Assembly (NCBI GenBank): GCA_024641125.1
Contig: JAHEDQ010000016.1
Location: forward strand, 1 to 32,000
Reading direction: 5' to 3'
Source: Candidatus Competibacteraceae bacterium
Lineage (GTDB): Bacteria; Pseudomonadota; Gammaproteobacteria; Competibacterales; JAHEDQ01
DNA: 32,000 nucleotides
A program made the position numbers and the translations under genes. How positions within the stretch are numbered: position 1 is the stretch's first letter; each line of letters opens with the position of its first letter. Below the pieces are notes generated by a model that saw only the letters and a program-made list of their open reading frames with translations, was not told the origin of the DNA and made no database searches. Below are positions 20,265 through 31,535 of this stretch, piece by piece.

Positions 20265-21242
20265 TCAGAGCAGGTCCTCCACGGCGGCGCGCTCCTCTCT
20301 GAGCTCGGCCTCGGTCGCAGCCATGCGGCCACGGCTGAAATCATCCACCGCCAGTCCCTGGACGATCTGATACTGGCCATCGCGGCAGGTGCAGGGAAAA
20401 CCGAACATGACACCAGGCTCGATGCCGTAGCTGCCATCGGCGGGCACGCCCATGGTGACCCAGTCTCCCTCGGCCGTACCCAACCCCCAGGAGCGCATGT
20501 GATCGATCGCAGCGGATGCGGCCGACGCTGCCGATGATGCGCCGCGCGCCTTTATGATGGCCGCACCGCGCTGCTGGACGGTGGGAATAAAAGTATCCAC
20601 GTACCAGGCCTGATCCACCTTGTCCTTGGCACTCTGACCCCCCACTTCACATTGACTGATGTCTGGATACTGGGTTGCCGAATGGTTGCCCCAAACGATC
20701 ATCCTGCTCAGGCCGGTGTGGTGAACACCCAATTTCTCCGCCAACTGGCTGAGGGCGCGATTGTGGTCGAGACGCATCATCGCGGTGAACTGGTTTGGGC
20801 TGAGGTCGGGCGCATTGGCCGACGCGATCAGGGCATTGGTGTTAGCCGGATTGCCCACCACCAGCACCCTGACATCGCGGGCGGCATGGTCGTTTATTGC
20901 CTTGCCCTGCGGACCGAAAATGGCGCCGTTGGCCGACAGCAGATCTTTGCGCTCCATCCCCGGCCCGCGGGGCCGGGCCCCGACCAACAAACCATAGTTC
21001 ACGTCCTTGAAACCCTGATCCAGATCGGATGTCGCCACCACACCCGCCAGCAGGGGAAACGCACAATCGTTGAGTTCCATGACGACGCCGTTCAGAGCGT
21101 CCATGGCCGGGGCGATCTCGATCAAATGCAGGATGACCGGCTGATCTGGTCCCAGCATATCGCCCGCCGCGATGCGGAAGGCCATCGCATAGCCGATATT
21201 GCCAGCGGCTCCGGTGATGGCGACGCGAACTGCTTGTTTCAT
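20265..21242 (-). CDS. mdh: Malate dehydrogenase (LDH-like MDH clade)
   Basis: 325 aa starting [27 protein letters not shown], with [15 protein letters not shown] and WGNHS motifs. AGGAG SD. Confidence 0.93.
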   Translation of the reverse strand: MKQAVRVAITGAAGNIGYAMAFRIAAGDMLGPDQPVILHLIEIAPAMDALNGVVMELNDCAFPLLAGVVATSDLDQGFKDVNYGLLVGARPRGPGMERKDLLSANGAIFGPQGKAINDHAARDVRVLVVGNPANTNALIASANAPDLSPNQFTAMMRLDHNRALSQLAEKLGVHHTGLSRMIVWGNHSATQYPDISQCEVGGQSAKDKVDQAWYVDTFIPTVQQRGAAIIKARGASSAASAASAAIDHMRSWGLGTAEGDWVTMGVPADGSYGIEPGVMFGFPCTCRDGQYQIVQGLAVDDFSRGRMAATEAELREERAAVEDLL

Positions 21243-21436
21243 GTTGGGCTCCTGTTGGGGTGACGGTCACGCCGCCGCGGCTGGATGCGCTCTGAGCCTT
21301 GCTGGTTGCCGGGTCGGGAGGCGCGGCGCGTCCGCGCGTAATCCTCCATACCCGGCGCCTTTTTGCAAGGCCCCGGCATTTCATAGAACGGGATATGCCA
21401 GGATTACCGCCGGTGCCGCATCAAACGATTGCCGAG

Positions 21437-22315
21437 TCAAACATGGGCTCGGGACCGACCGGGTCCCCGTCCCCGGCCCAGATCCAGCTCCGCCAGATCG
21501 ACAATCGTCGCCGCGATTTCTTCGATGGACTTCATGGTGGTCTTAAGACAGGGAATTCGCATCTTCCGGTAAAGGGCCTCCGCCTGGCGCACCTCGAACT
21601 GGCACTGATTCAAGGACGAGTAGCGGCTGTTGGGATAGCGGGCCTCGCGAATCCGATGCAGACGGTCAGGCTCGGTGCTGAGCGCCACCAGCTTGTCTTT
21701 GTATGCCAGCAGCGAGCGCGGCAAATTGGGGCGCTCCAGATCATCCTCGGTTATGGGGAAGTTGGCGGCGCGAATTCCATACTGCAGGCTCAGATAAAGG
21801 CAGGTGGGTGTCTTACCCGACCGGGAAATGCCGATCAGAATAACGTCGGCCTCGTCCAGGTGACGGGTGGTGCTGCCATCATCGTGATTCAGGGTGAAAT
21901 CCACTGCTTCTATGCGCGAGGAATACTCGTCCACATTGTGCAGCCCGTGGAAGCGTCCGGTACTGACCGATGAAATACAGCCCAGCTCTTCTTCCAACGG
22001 ACTGATGAAGGTGGCAAAGATATCCAGAAACAGCGCGTTGCTGTTTTTTATCTCGGCCTGCACTTCCGGCTTTACCAAAGTGCTGAACACCAGCGGACGA
22101 ACGCCGTCGAACACGGCGGTCTCGTTGATCTTGCGACGCACCTCGCGGGCGCGTTCAACGGTGCTCACGAACCGCAGTGACTGTTGGGCGAATTTGACCG
22201 TCTCAAACTGGGTCAGCAGGCTGCGGCCGAAATTCTCGACGGTTATCCCGGTTCCGTCGGACAAAAAGAATGCCGTGCGGCGTGGCGGATCTTCATTGCT
22301 GGCCTGGAGGCTCAT
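21437..22315 (-). CDS. ppsR: PEP synthetase / PPDK regulatory protein (bifunctional kinase/pyrophosphorylase, DUF299)
   Basis: 292 aa with FFLSDGTGITVENFGRSLLTQF and the P-loop-like ILIGISRSGKTPTCLYL. Confidence 0.88.
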   Translation of the reverse strand: MSLQASNEDPPRRTAFFLSDGTGITVENFGRSLLTQFETVKFAQQSLRFVSTVERAREVRRKINETAVFDGVRPLVFSTLVKPEVQAEIKNSNALFLDIFATFISPLEEELGCISSVSTGRFHGLHNVDEYSSRIEAVDFTLNHDDGSTTRHLDEADVILIGISRSGKTPTCLYLSLQYGIRAANFPITEDDLERPNLPRSLLAYKDKLVALSTEPDRLHRIREARYPNSRYSSLNQCQFEVRQAEALYRKMRIPCLKTTMKSIEEIAATIVDLAELDLGRGRGPGRSRAHV

Positions 22316-22360
22316 TGCCGGGTCCCTATCGATGTTGCAGGGCTGAACTGGCTGGGAAGG

Positions 22361-23026
22361 TTAACCGTCCACCAACAGAATGTGCAGGGCAACGGGCCCA
22401 TGGGCACCCATCTGCAGGGTTTGTTCGATATCCGCACTGCGCGATGGACCGGTGATGAGATTAATGGTTCGCGGCATGCTGCTCACGGACGCGCGTAACC
22501 GGTCCCAGGCATCCTCGTACGGACCGACGATATGCTGGGCCGGCAACACCACAATATGTACTTCCGGGAGAAAATTGAGTGCGGTTGGGCCTTCAGGCCC
22601 GGACAACAGCATCAAGGTTCCCGTCTCCGCGATGCCGGCGAACGCAGGTGTCAAGCCGACACGGTCACCGTCGGTCGCCGGGCAACTGACGACGGAAAGT
22701 GCCGACGCCGACCAGTCCAGGGCCACAAGATCCGGGTCCGAAGCCACATTCAAGGCTGGGGGCAAGCCATGTTCGCTCAAGTAGGACGCGGCCGCGGCCG
22801 GCACCGCCGCCAGGCTCGGTATCCGTAACACGGTGGCCGCCGCCTCCTCCGCCATTTCGATGAACAGTGCGGTCAGGCCGGCCGAATCCAAATTGATGCG
22901 TGCCGGTATCGGGCCACGTAGGGGACGGGCAAGCCTGGCCTCGAGCGCAGCCCTGCGAGCTGGCTCCAGCTCACCCCGGCCCAAACCCTGCCGGATTCGA
23001 TTGAGGATCTGCTCGCGGGCGCTCAT
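22361..23026 (-). CDS. lutC: Lactate utilization protein C (LUD domain, YkgG family)
   Basis: The ATG at 23026 overlaps the lutB stop in an ATGA junction. The sequence is LutC-like (ILNRIRQGL... ending HILLVDG). The tracked ORF start at 23098 overlaps lutB and is not preferred. Confidence 0.82.
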   Translation of the reverse strand: MSAREQILNRIRQGLGRGELEPARRAALEARLARPLRGPIPARINLDSAGLTALFIEMAEEAAATVLRIPSLAAVPAAAASYLSEHGLPPALNVASDPDLVALDWSASALSVVSCPATDGDRVGLTPAFAGIAETGTLMLLSGPEGPTALNFLPEVHIVVLPAQHIVGPYEDAWDRLRASVSSMPRTINLITGPSRSADIEQTLQMGAHGPVALHILLVDG

Positions 23027-24447
23027 GCTCGCTTGCCGCGCTGCGTTGCCCATAGGTGTTGAAAGGTACGCCCCTGGGGCGCCGGCAAGTCCCGCCATTC
23101 GGTCCAGCCGGACGCGAGGGGCAACCTGGACAGACGGCCTTTTCGTCCACCCAGGGTGCGGAGCAAACGCGTCGCGATATCGGCCACCCGTCGATAGAGC
23201 CAGGGCCGGCTTGCGACGTAGGTCCAGGCCCGCAGGCCATAGCGGTAGGCCGAAGGTTGCAGATGCCGCTCAAACTCGCGCTCGCGCCAGTGCCGCATCA
23301 TCTTCGGCAGAGGTATATGCACCGGGCACACCGACTCACAGCGCCCGCAAAAGGTCGAGGCGTTGGGCAGCTGCCCGGCCTGATCGACCCCCACCAATTG
23401 CGGTGTCAACACCGAACCCATGGGCCCAGGATAGACCCAACCATAGGCGTGACCGCCGATCGCGCCGTACACGGGGCAGTGGTTCATACAGGCGGAACAA
23501 CGTATGCAGCGCAGCATATCCTGGAATTCTGTCCCGATCATGGTCGAGCGACCATTATCCAACAACACCACGTGATAGGCCTCCGGTCCGTCCGGATCCT
23601 TGGGTCGTTTCGGCCCGCTGGAGAACGTGGTGTATACCGAGCACTCCTGCCCGGTGGCCGAACGCGCCAGCAGCCGATGCAACACCATGGCGTCTTCCAG
23701 GGTCGGCACAACCTTCTCCAGGCTGGCCAGGGCAATGTGGACCCTGGGCAGTATCTGGGTCAGATCACCGTTGCCCTCGTTGGTCACAATCACCGTGCTG
23801 CCGGTCTCGGCAATGCAGAAATTGGCGCCGGTAATGCCAACGTCGGCGGCCAGGAACTTGGCGCGCAGAATTTCCCGCGCTTCCTTGAGCAGCTTCGGGG
23901 GCGTATCCAGCCGCTCGGTCTTTCCGTACTTTCGATGCTCGGCGTAAAAAGCATCTGCCACCTGATCCAGGTTGACATGGATCGCCGGCGCAATGATGTG
24001 GCTGGGGTGTTCGTTGCGCAGTTGGATAATGTACTCACCCAGATCCGTTTCTATGGCCTGAATCCCGTGCGCCTCCAGGTGCTCGTTTAGGGCGATCTCC
24101 TCGCTGACCATGGACTTGCCCTTGGTCACCGTTCTGGCACCGGCGTCGCGGCAGATTCCGAGGATGATTTCCCGCGCCTGGTCGGCGTCACGGGCCCAGT
24201 GCACCTGTCCGCCGTGTCGGCGCACGTTTTGTTCGAACACCTCCAGATAGAAGTCGAGATTGGCCAGCGTTTCGTTCTTTAGATCGCGGCCCGCGTCGCG
24301 CAACGCTTCGAACTCGGGCAGTCGGGCGATGGCGGCAGCCCGTTTACCCGGGAAGCCCGCCTTGAGATTGTGCAGGGCGCGTTGCAAAGCCGGGTCGGCG
24401 AGTGCCGCATGGGCATTGTCTTTGAAGGCCGGGCTGGTAACGTCCAA
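23023..24447 (-). CDS. lutB: Lactate utilization protein B (iron-sulfur LUD protein, YkgF family)
   Basis: 474 aa with two ferredoxin-type Cys clusters (CIRCSACMNHCP and CGRCESVCP). Confidence 0.9.
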   Translation of the reverse strand: MDVTSPAFKDNAHAALADPALQRALHNLKAGFPGKRAAAIARLPEFEALRDAGRDLKNETLANLDFYLEVFEQNVRRHGGQVHWARDADQAREIILGICRDAGARTVTKGKSMVSEEIALNEHLEAHGIQAIETDLGEYIIQLRNEHPSHIIAPAIHVNLDQVADAFYAEHRKYGKTERLDTPPKLLKEAREILRAKFLAADVGITGANFCIAETGSTVIVTNEGNGDLTQILPRVHIALASLEKVVPTLEDAMVLHRLLARSATGQECSVYTTFSSGPKRPKDPDGPEAYHVVLLDNGRSTMIGTEFQDMLRCIRCSACMNHCPVYGAIGGHAYGWVYPGPMGSVLTPQLVGVDQAGQLPNASTFCGRCESVCPVHIPLPKMMRHWREREFERHLQPSAYRYGLRAWTYVASRPWLYRRVADIATRLLRTLGGRKGRLSRLPLASGWTEWRDLPAPQGRTFQHLWATQRGKRA

Positions 24448-24458
24448 GAGTGTGCTCC

Positions 24459-25229
24459 TCAGCGTTGCGGCTCACCTATGCCGGGGGTGTCGGCCATGTC
24501 CGCCAGCACTTCGGCCACATGGCGTACATGCGTGCCACTCCCCTCACGGGCGAGTTTACCGGCCATGTTCAACAAGCATCCCAAATCACCCGCCAGCAGC
24601 GTGTCGGCGCCGGTGGCGGTGGCGTGGGTCGCTTTATCGGACACCATGCGATTCGAGATCTCCGGGTACTTGACGCAAAAAGTGCCGCCGAAACCGCAGC
24701 AGACCTCGGATTCGTCCATCTCGACCAGGGACAGCCCCTGCACCGATTCGAGCAAAGTCCGCGGCTGGTGTTTGATGCCCAGTTCCCGCAGTCCGGAACA
24801 GCCATCATGATAGGTGACGCTGCCATTGAAGCGCGCCTGGACCGTGCTCGCACCCATCACGTCCACCAGAAACGAGGTTAGCTCAAAGGCGCGACCGGCC
24901 AGCCCCTCGGCCCGTTCGCGCCATTCGGATTCGTGGTCGAACAAATTCGGGTAGTGGTGCAACATGCCGATGCAGGAGCCGGACGGACCGACGGTGTAAT
25001 CATAGCCCTCGAACGCTTCGATGACCCTGCGGGCGAGGGCTCGGCTGTCCTGCCGATCGCCGGAGTTGAAAGCGGGCTGTCCGCAGCAGGTCTGGGAGGC
25101 TGGAACCTCCACCCGGCAGCCCGCCGATTCCAGCAAACGCACACTGGCGAAACCAACGCTGGGTCGGAACACATCCACCAGACAGGTGACGAACAGGCCC
25201 ACCCGGGGACAGTCATTAGTCGCCGTCAT
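24459..25229 (-). CDS. lutA: Lactate utilization protein A (CCG-domain Fe-S oxidoreductase, YkgE family)
   Basis: 256 aa with VGLFVTCLVD and CCGQPAFNSG / CCGFGGTF CCG motifs. Confidence 0.9.
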   Translation of the reverse strand: MTATNDCPRVGLFVTCLVDVFRPSVGFASVRLLESAGCRVEVPASQTCCGQPAFNSGDRQDSRALARRVIEAFEGYDYTVGPSGSCIGMLHHYPNLFDHESEWRERAEGLAGRAFELTSFLVDVMGASTVQARFNGSVTYHDGCSGLRELGIKHQPRTLLESVQGLSLVEMDESEVCCGFGGTFCVKYPEISNRMVSDKATHATATGADTLLAGDLGCLLNMAGKLAREGSGTHVRHVAEVLADMADTPGIGEPQR

Positions 25230-25383
25230 AATGCCTCCAACAACTTGCCCGATCGGGTGCGCCCCGATGATGGTCTCCGGACATTAATCGGTGCGCAGCA
25301 CCCAGCCTCCAAGGCGTTGAGCATACACGCTAGGCCCATGCGATTGGCAAGCAATGGGCGGCGAGCCCATCCGCACGGGAAGC

Positions 25384-25413
25384 AAAACAGCCCCGTCCTG
25401 AGGGACGGGGCTG
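25384..25413 (-). terminator. Rho-independent terminator after icd
   Basis: The minus strand reads CAGCCCCGTCC-CTCA-GGACGGGGCTG followed by TTTTGCTT. The 11-bp perfect stem lies 38 nt after the icd stop. Confidence 0.8.
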
Positions 25414-25450
25414 TGGCGGGGCAATGCCCGGCGGCAACAAATTGCCTGGA

Positions 25451-27223
<1,773 letters not shown>

Positions 27224-27508
27224 GGGCCCTCCTAATGAGCACGAAAAAATCGAAATCTGATCGCCGGAACAGCGGCTCGCGTCTTCGTCTGTTGATGGCG
27301 CCGACCGGAGCCTTGCGGACGTGGGGTGCGGACGTTGGCCCTGTGCGCGAGCGGACGGCCGGGGCGGTCTCGCTCGCTGGCCAACGGCGCGCATCTCGAC
27401 TTGGACTCAGCGGCCCCGCCGGGGGCCGTTAAAGTACACTTAAACAAGGTTCAAGTCCACCTCATCGGTGGTTGTCACAGGCCTATGTTCCCGCGCCAAA
27501 CCAAGGCA

Positions 27509-27575
27509 CTGCGGGCGTCTCCCCGCAGCTGCAATTGCAACCACGACGCAGCGCGGCTGCCGCGCCGCGTCGTGG
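27509..27575. repeat. Cluster of GC-rich palindromes/hairpins: a 7-bp stem at 27509-27528, TGCAATTGCA at 27530-27539, and a 35-nt near-perfect palindrome at 27541-27575
   Basis: Read directly from the sequence: CTGCGGG-cgtctc-CCCGCAG, and CCACGACGCaGCGCGGCtGCCGCGCcGCGTCGTGG (16 pairing positions, 1 mismatch). Confidence 0.5.
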
Positions 27576-27763
27576 CTTGGATACACCCCGCCCTAGCTCC
27601 CTCTCATGGCACGGGGCCAAGCCGATTCCAGTTCGGACTCAAGAAAATGCATCGATACCGGCGGTGCGGCGTCTGCGGCAGGCGACAGACAAGCCCGAAC
27701 CATGCGCGCCTTCAATCGCGATCAAACCGGTAAGCTACTGATAGCCTGAAACAATAAGGGTGC

Positions 27764-27779
27764 TGGCACACGGGTTGAC
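27764..27779 (+). promoter_or_regulatory. Candidate sigma54 (-24/-12) promoter: TGGCAC-acggg-TTGA
   Basis: The -24 TGGCAC is perfect and the GG-N10 spacing is correct. The -12 element reads TTGA rather than TTGC. It points towards the terminator at 27946-27977 and the glrK-like operon, which encodes a sigma54 activator. Confidence 0.35.
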
Positions 27780-27789
27780 TTAATAAGCC

Positions 27790-27977
27790 GGCGTGGCATG
27801 GGGCGTGAACACCCCCTTCATCGGGAACGAGCATCCGAACGGACCTCTGGGCTGGCCAATCGGGTGGCGAGCACAGGGTCGTGACAGGGTCGGTGGACAC
27901 AACACTACGCTGAGTATCCGCATCCTTGGCCCGCAATGGGCTCGACCGGTACCGTCGACCGACGCGTACCGGTTTTT
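27790..27977 (+). ncRNA. Candidate sigma54-dependent small RNA (about 185-190 nt), in a GlmY/GlmZ-like genomic position
   Basis: Bounded by the candidate sigma54 promoter and a strong intrinsic terminator. No credible ORF or SD lies within it. The 5' end is approximate and inferred from the promoter. Confidence 0.4.
27946..27977 (+). terminator. Rho-independent terminator with no annotated plus-strand gene upstream
   Basis: CCGGTACCGTC-GACC-GACG(C)GTACCGG followed by TTTTT. The stem is 11 bp with one bulge. The U-tract is present only on the plus strand. The terminator ends 37 nt before the first possible glrK start. Confidence 0.75.
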
Positions 27978-28013
27978 CTGTGGTGATGATCGATCCAACT
28001 CAGGCCGGATGCT

Positions 28014-29558
28014 ATGCTTCAGTATGACGCTCAAGCGGGAGATCCCGCCAAGATTCCGAGCCGCGCGTATTCGCCGCACAGCGGGCGGCCCGTGCCGTCG
28101 AACCTGGCCCTCGCCGTCGTGAATCGTTACCGCCCGACCTCGGTACTGCAGCTGCTATTGCTCGGCTTCATGGTTGTTGCCCTGCCGCTGGGGATTGGGC
28201 TGGTAGCGGCATTCGTGTCGGTGGATCTGCTCAGCCGGCAGAGCGAGGCGGCCATTCTCGACGCCGCCGGCGGTGTGTTGTCGGGGCAGGCCCTTGGCAC
28301 TGACATCGTACAGATGGAGCGGCACGCGCGCCGCTATCACATTCTGGGCGATCGCAAATTCTTCGAATTGGCCATGGACCGACGCCAGAGTTTCGATCAG
28401 GCCATCGCAACGCTTACGGCACTGGACCTGACCCCGACTTTGCGGGAGCAGCTGGATCAACTGATCGAACTGGAATCATCCGTGTTCGCTACCCTGACCC
28501 TCGAACAATATGACGCGGTTGCGGTACAGGAGGCGGTTGCTCTGTTTGAGCCCATGTCACAATTGGCAAGCGAAGTTCAGGGTGAAATGCGGCGGGTCAT
28601 CACCCGGGATACCCAGGCGCTTCGCAGCGAGGCGACACGCGTCAAGCGAACCCTGGCCTGGCTGGCAACCGGATTGATCCTGGCCGCCTTCGGTCTCTCC
28701 GCCTGGCTGGCCATGTTTCTGGCGCGGCCGATCAACCGGATGGAAAACGCCATCAGGCGGCTCGGGGAGGGCGATCTGGATCGGCCAATCGCGGTTCGCG
28801 GGACCCGCGACCTGGAAGAAGTTGGGGATCGTCTGAACTGGCTCAGGCTGAGACTCCAGGACGCAGAACAGCAGCAAACGCGATTCCTCCAGCACGTATC
28901 CCACGAATTGAAAACCCCGCTGACGGCGATTCGCGAGGGTACTGAACTACTGCGGGACCAGGTCCCTGGACCATTGAATCCGGGGCAGCTCGAGGTCGCG
29001 GGCATTCTGCGAGAGAACAGCCTTCGTCTACAGAGACAGATAGAGGATCTATTGTCCTACAGCCAGGTAAGGCGGCCAGGCGAAATTGCGGCTCATGAAG
29101 CAGCGGATCTGGCATCTATCGTCAGGACTGTGATCAGCGACCAGACGCTGGCAATGCAATCCCGCGGGATCGTCGTGCAGACCGATCTGCAATCGATCCG
29201 GACCATAGGGGATCCGGAAAAACTGCGCGTAGTGGTGGATAATCTGCTATCCAACGCGGTGAAACATTCGCCGCAGGCCGGTGTAATTCGTTTGCTGCTT
29301 CGGTCGCGGGAGTCCATGGTCGTACTGGATGTAATCGATCAGGGACCGGGCATCGATCCGACCGAGCGGGAACAGATTTTTGAGGCATTTGTCCAGGGTC
29401 GGGCGCCTTCCACCGGTCATGTCAGCGGCACCGGCCTGGGTTTGGCGATCACCCGTGAGTATGTACAAAGCTACGGTGGAACCGTCGAGGTGATGGACTC
29501 GGAACAAGGTGCCCATCTGAGGGTAAGCCTGCCGATTCGGAGTAAGCTTGGACCATGA
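28014..29558 (+). CDS. glrK: Sensor histidine kinase, GlrK/QseE-like (2 TM segments, HAMP, HisKA, HATPase)
   Basis: Contains IRRLGEG...FLQHVSHELKTPLTAIREGTELLRDQVPGPLNPGQ, which closely resembles my recollection of E. coli GlrK. The N, G1 and G2 boxes are present. The start is uncertain: the GTG at 28119 would give a GlrK-like short N-terminus (VNRYRPTSVLQLLLLGF). Confidence 0.8.
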   Translation: MLQYDAQAGDPAKIPSRAYSPHSGRPVPSNLALAVVNRYRPTSVLQLLLLGFMVVALPLGIGLVAAFVSVDLLSRQSEAAILDAAGGVLSGQALGTDIVQMERHARRYHILGDRKFFELAMDRRQSFDQAIATLTALDLTPTLREQLDQLIELESSVFATLTLEQYDAVAVQEAVALFEPMSQLASEVQGEMRRVITRDTQALRSEATRVKRTLAWLATGLILAAFGLSAWLAMFLARPINRMENAIRRLGEGDLDRPIAVRGTRDLEEVGDRLNWLRLRLQDAEQQQTRFLQHVSHELKTPLTAIREGTELLRDQVPGPLNPGQLEVAGILRENSLRLQRQIEDLLSYSQVRRPGEIAAHEAADLASIVRTVISDQTLAMQSRGIVVQTDLQSIRTIGDPEKLRVVVDNLLSNAVKHSPQAGVIRLLLRSRESMVVLDVIDQGPGIDPTEREQIFEAFVQGRAPSTGHVSGTGLGLAITREYVQSYGGTVEVMDSEQGAHLRVSLPIRSKLGP

Positions 29559-30145
29559 GCAGCCAACGTCTTTGCAGACTGGCGGTGATACTGATAGCCG
29601 GATGGCTGAGCGCCTGTTCCTGGATAGGCCTGTCCGGCGACTCCACCGGCAATCCCACCCGATCTGCCGCCACTGCCGGCGGATCTCAGGTGCCGGATGT
29701 GGAGTCCCTGCTGATCGAGATCGCCGCGCTGAATGCTGGCTCGCGGGCGCAACTGGGCAGCGCGCTGGTCGAAACCGAACAGCGCTACCAGGACTGGGGC
29801 GATGTCGGCAGCCGGATCAAACTGGCCTGGCTGCTGAGTCGGCCCAATACGGGTTCTCAAGACAATCGACGGGCGGTTTTGCTGCTGCGTGAGTATCTGG
29901 ACCTGGACGGCACCGATCCGGGCTATCGTGCTTTGGCGGACCTGTTGCAAACATCCATCCTGGAGCGCGACGAGGAGCGCTACGCCGCCGGCGACCTGGA
30001 AACGGACCTGACGGAAGCGCGTGCACAGAATCAGGTGTTGGAAGAGCAGATTGCGACGCTGCAGGAGCTATTGGAGACACTGCAGCAGCAATTTGAGGCG
30101 CTCAAAGACATCGAGACGGACATCAGCGAGCGCCCTGCGCCGTGA
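29555..30145 (+). CDS. qseG: Lipoprotein encoded between kinase and regulator, QseG/YfhG-like by position
   Basis: The ATG overlaps the kinase stop (ATGA). The signal peptide has the lipobox LSAC (Cys21). The C-terminus is coiled-coil-like. The assignment rests on position and lipoprotein character, not on recognised sequence identity. Confidence 0.6.
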   Translation: MSSQRLCRLAVILIAGWLSACSWIGLSGDSTGNPTRSAATAGGSQVPDVESLLIEIAALNAGSRAQLGSALVETEQRYQDWGDVGSRIKLAWLLSRPNTGSQDNRRAVLLLREYLDLDGTDPGYRALADLLQTSILERDEERYAAGDLETDLTEARAQNQVLEEQIATLQELLETLQQQFEALKDIETDISERPAP

Positions 30146-30159
30146 GGAACTGAACCCCG

Positions 30160-31518
<1,359 letters not shown>

Positions 31519-31535
31519 CCGGCCAGCGGGGAATC

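Noticed and set aside
21317-21349. GC-rich nested hairpin (GGAGG-CGCGG-cgcgt-CCGCG-cgtaat-CCTCC) in the ppsR-mdh gap.
   Set aside because: It has no U-tract and no second copy in the window. It is probably a simple mdh leader or ppsR 3' structure, and I have no evidence for anything more.
27224-27394. 57-aa N-terminal extension of the icd ORF (tracked start at 27394).
   Set aside because: The extension is rich in Arg, Pro and Ser and has no homology to IDH. The internal ATG at 27223 has a perfect AGGAGG SD and yields the canonical IDH N-terminus. Analogous extensions were trimmed for pccB, the FabD-like gene, parA, atpI, meaB and lutC.
27448-27471. GGTTCAAGTCC, which resembles a tRNA T-arm/T-loop.
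   Set aside because: The required 5' partner of a T-stem is missing. There is no acceptor stem, D-arm or anticodon arm in the flanks on either strand. The sequence instead forms a simple CCACC-tcatc-GGTGG hairpin.
27607-27622. Second sigma54-like element, TGGCACGGGGCCAAGC.
   Set aside because: The -24 box is good, but the GG-to-GC spacing is 11 instead of 10 and the -12 region lacks the TT. I consider it weaker than the 27764 site. If it were real, the RNA would be about 345 nt.
27326-27741. Plus-strand ORFs of 135 aa and 89 aa in the icd-glrK intergenic region. The 109-aa ORF at 27793-28122 is a similar case.
   Set aside because: They have no SD and are rich in Arg, Pro and Ser. The 109-aa ORF reads straight through a strong terminator hairpin and into the kinase gene region.
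27882-27899. TGAC-N10-GACA, a 7-of-8 match to the enterobacterial GlrR site.
   Set aside because: It lies downstream of the candidate promoter, inside the predicted RNA, which is the wrong position for an enhancer site. It is more likely part of an RNA hairpin or a chance match.
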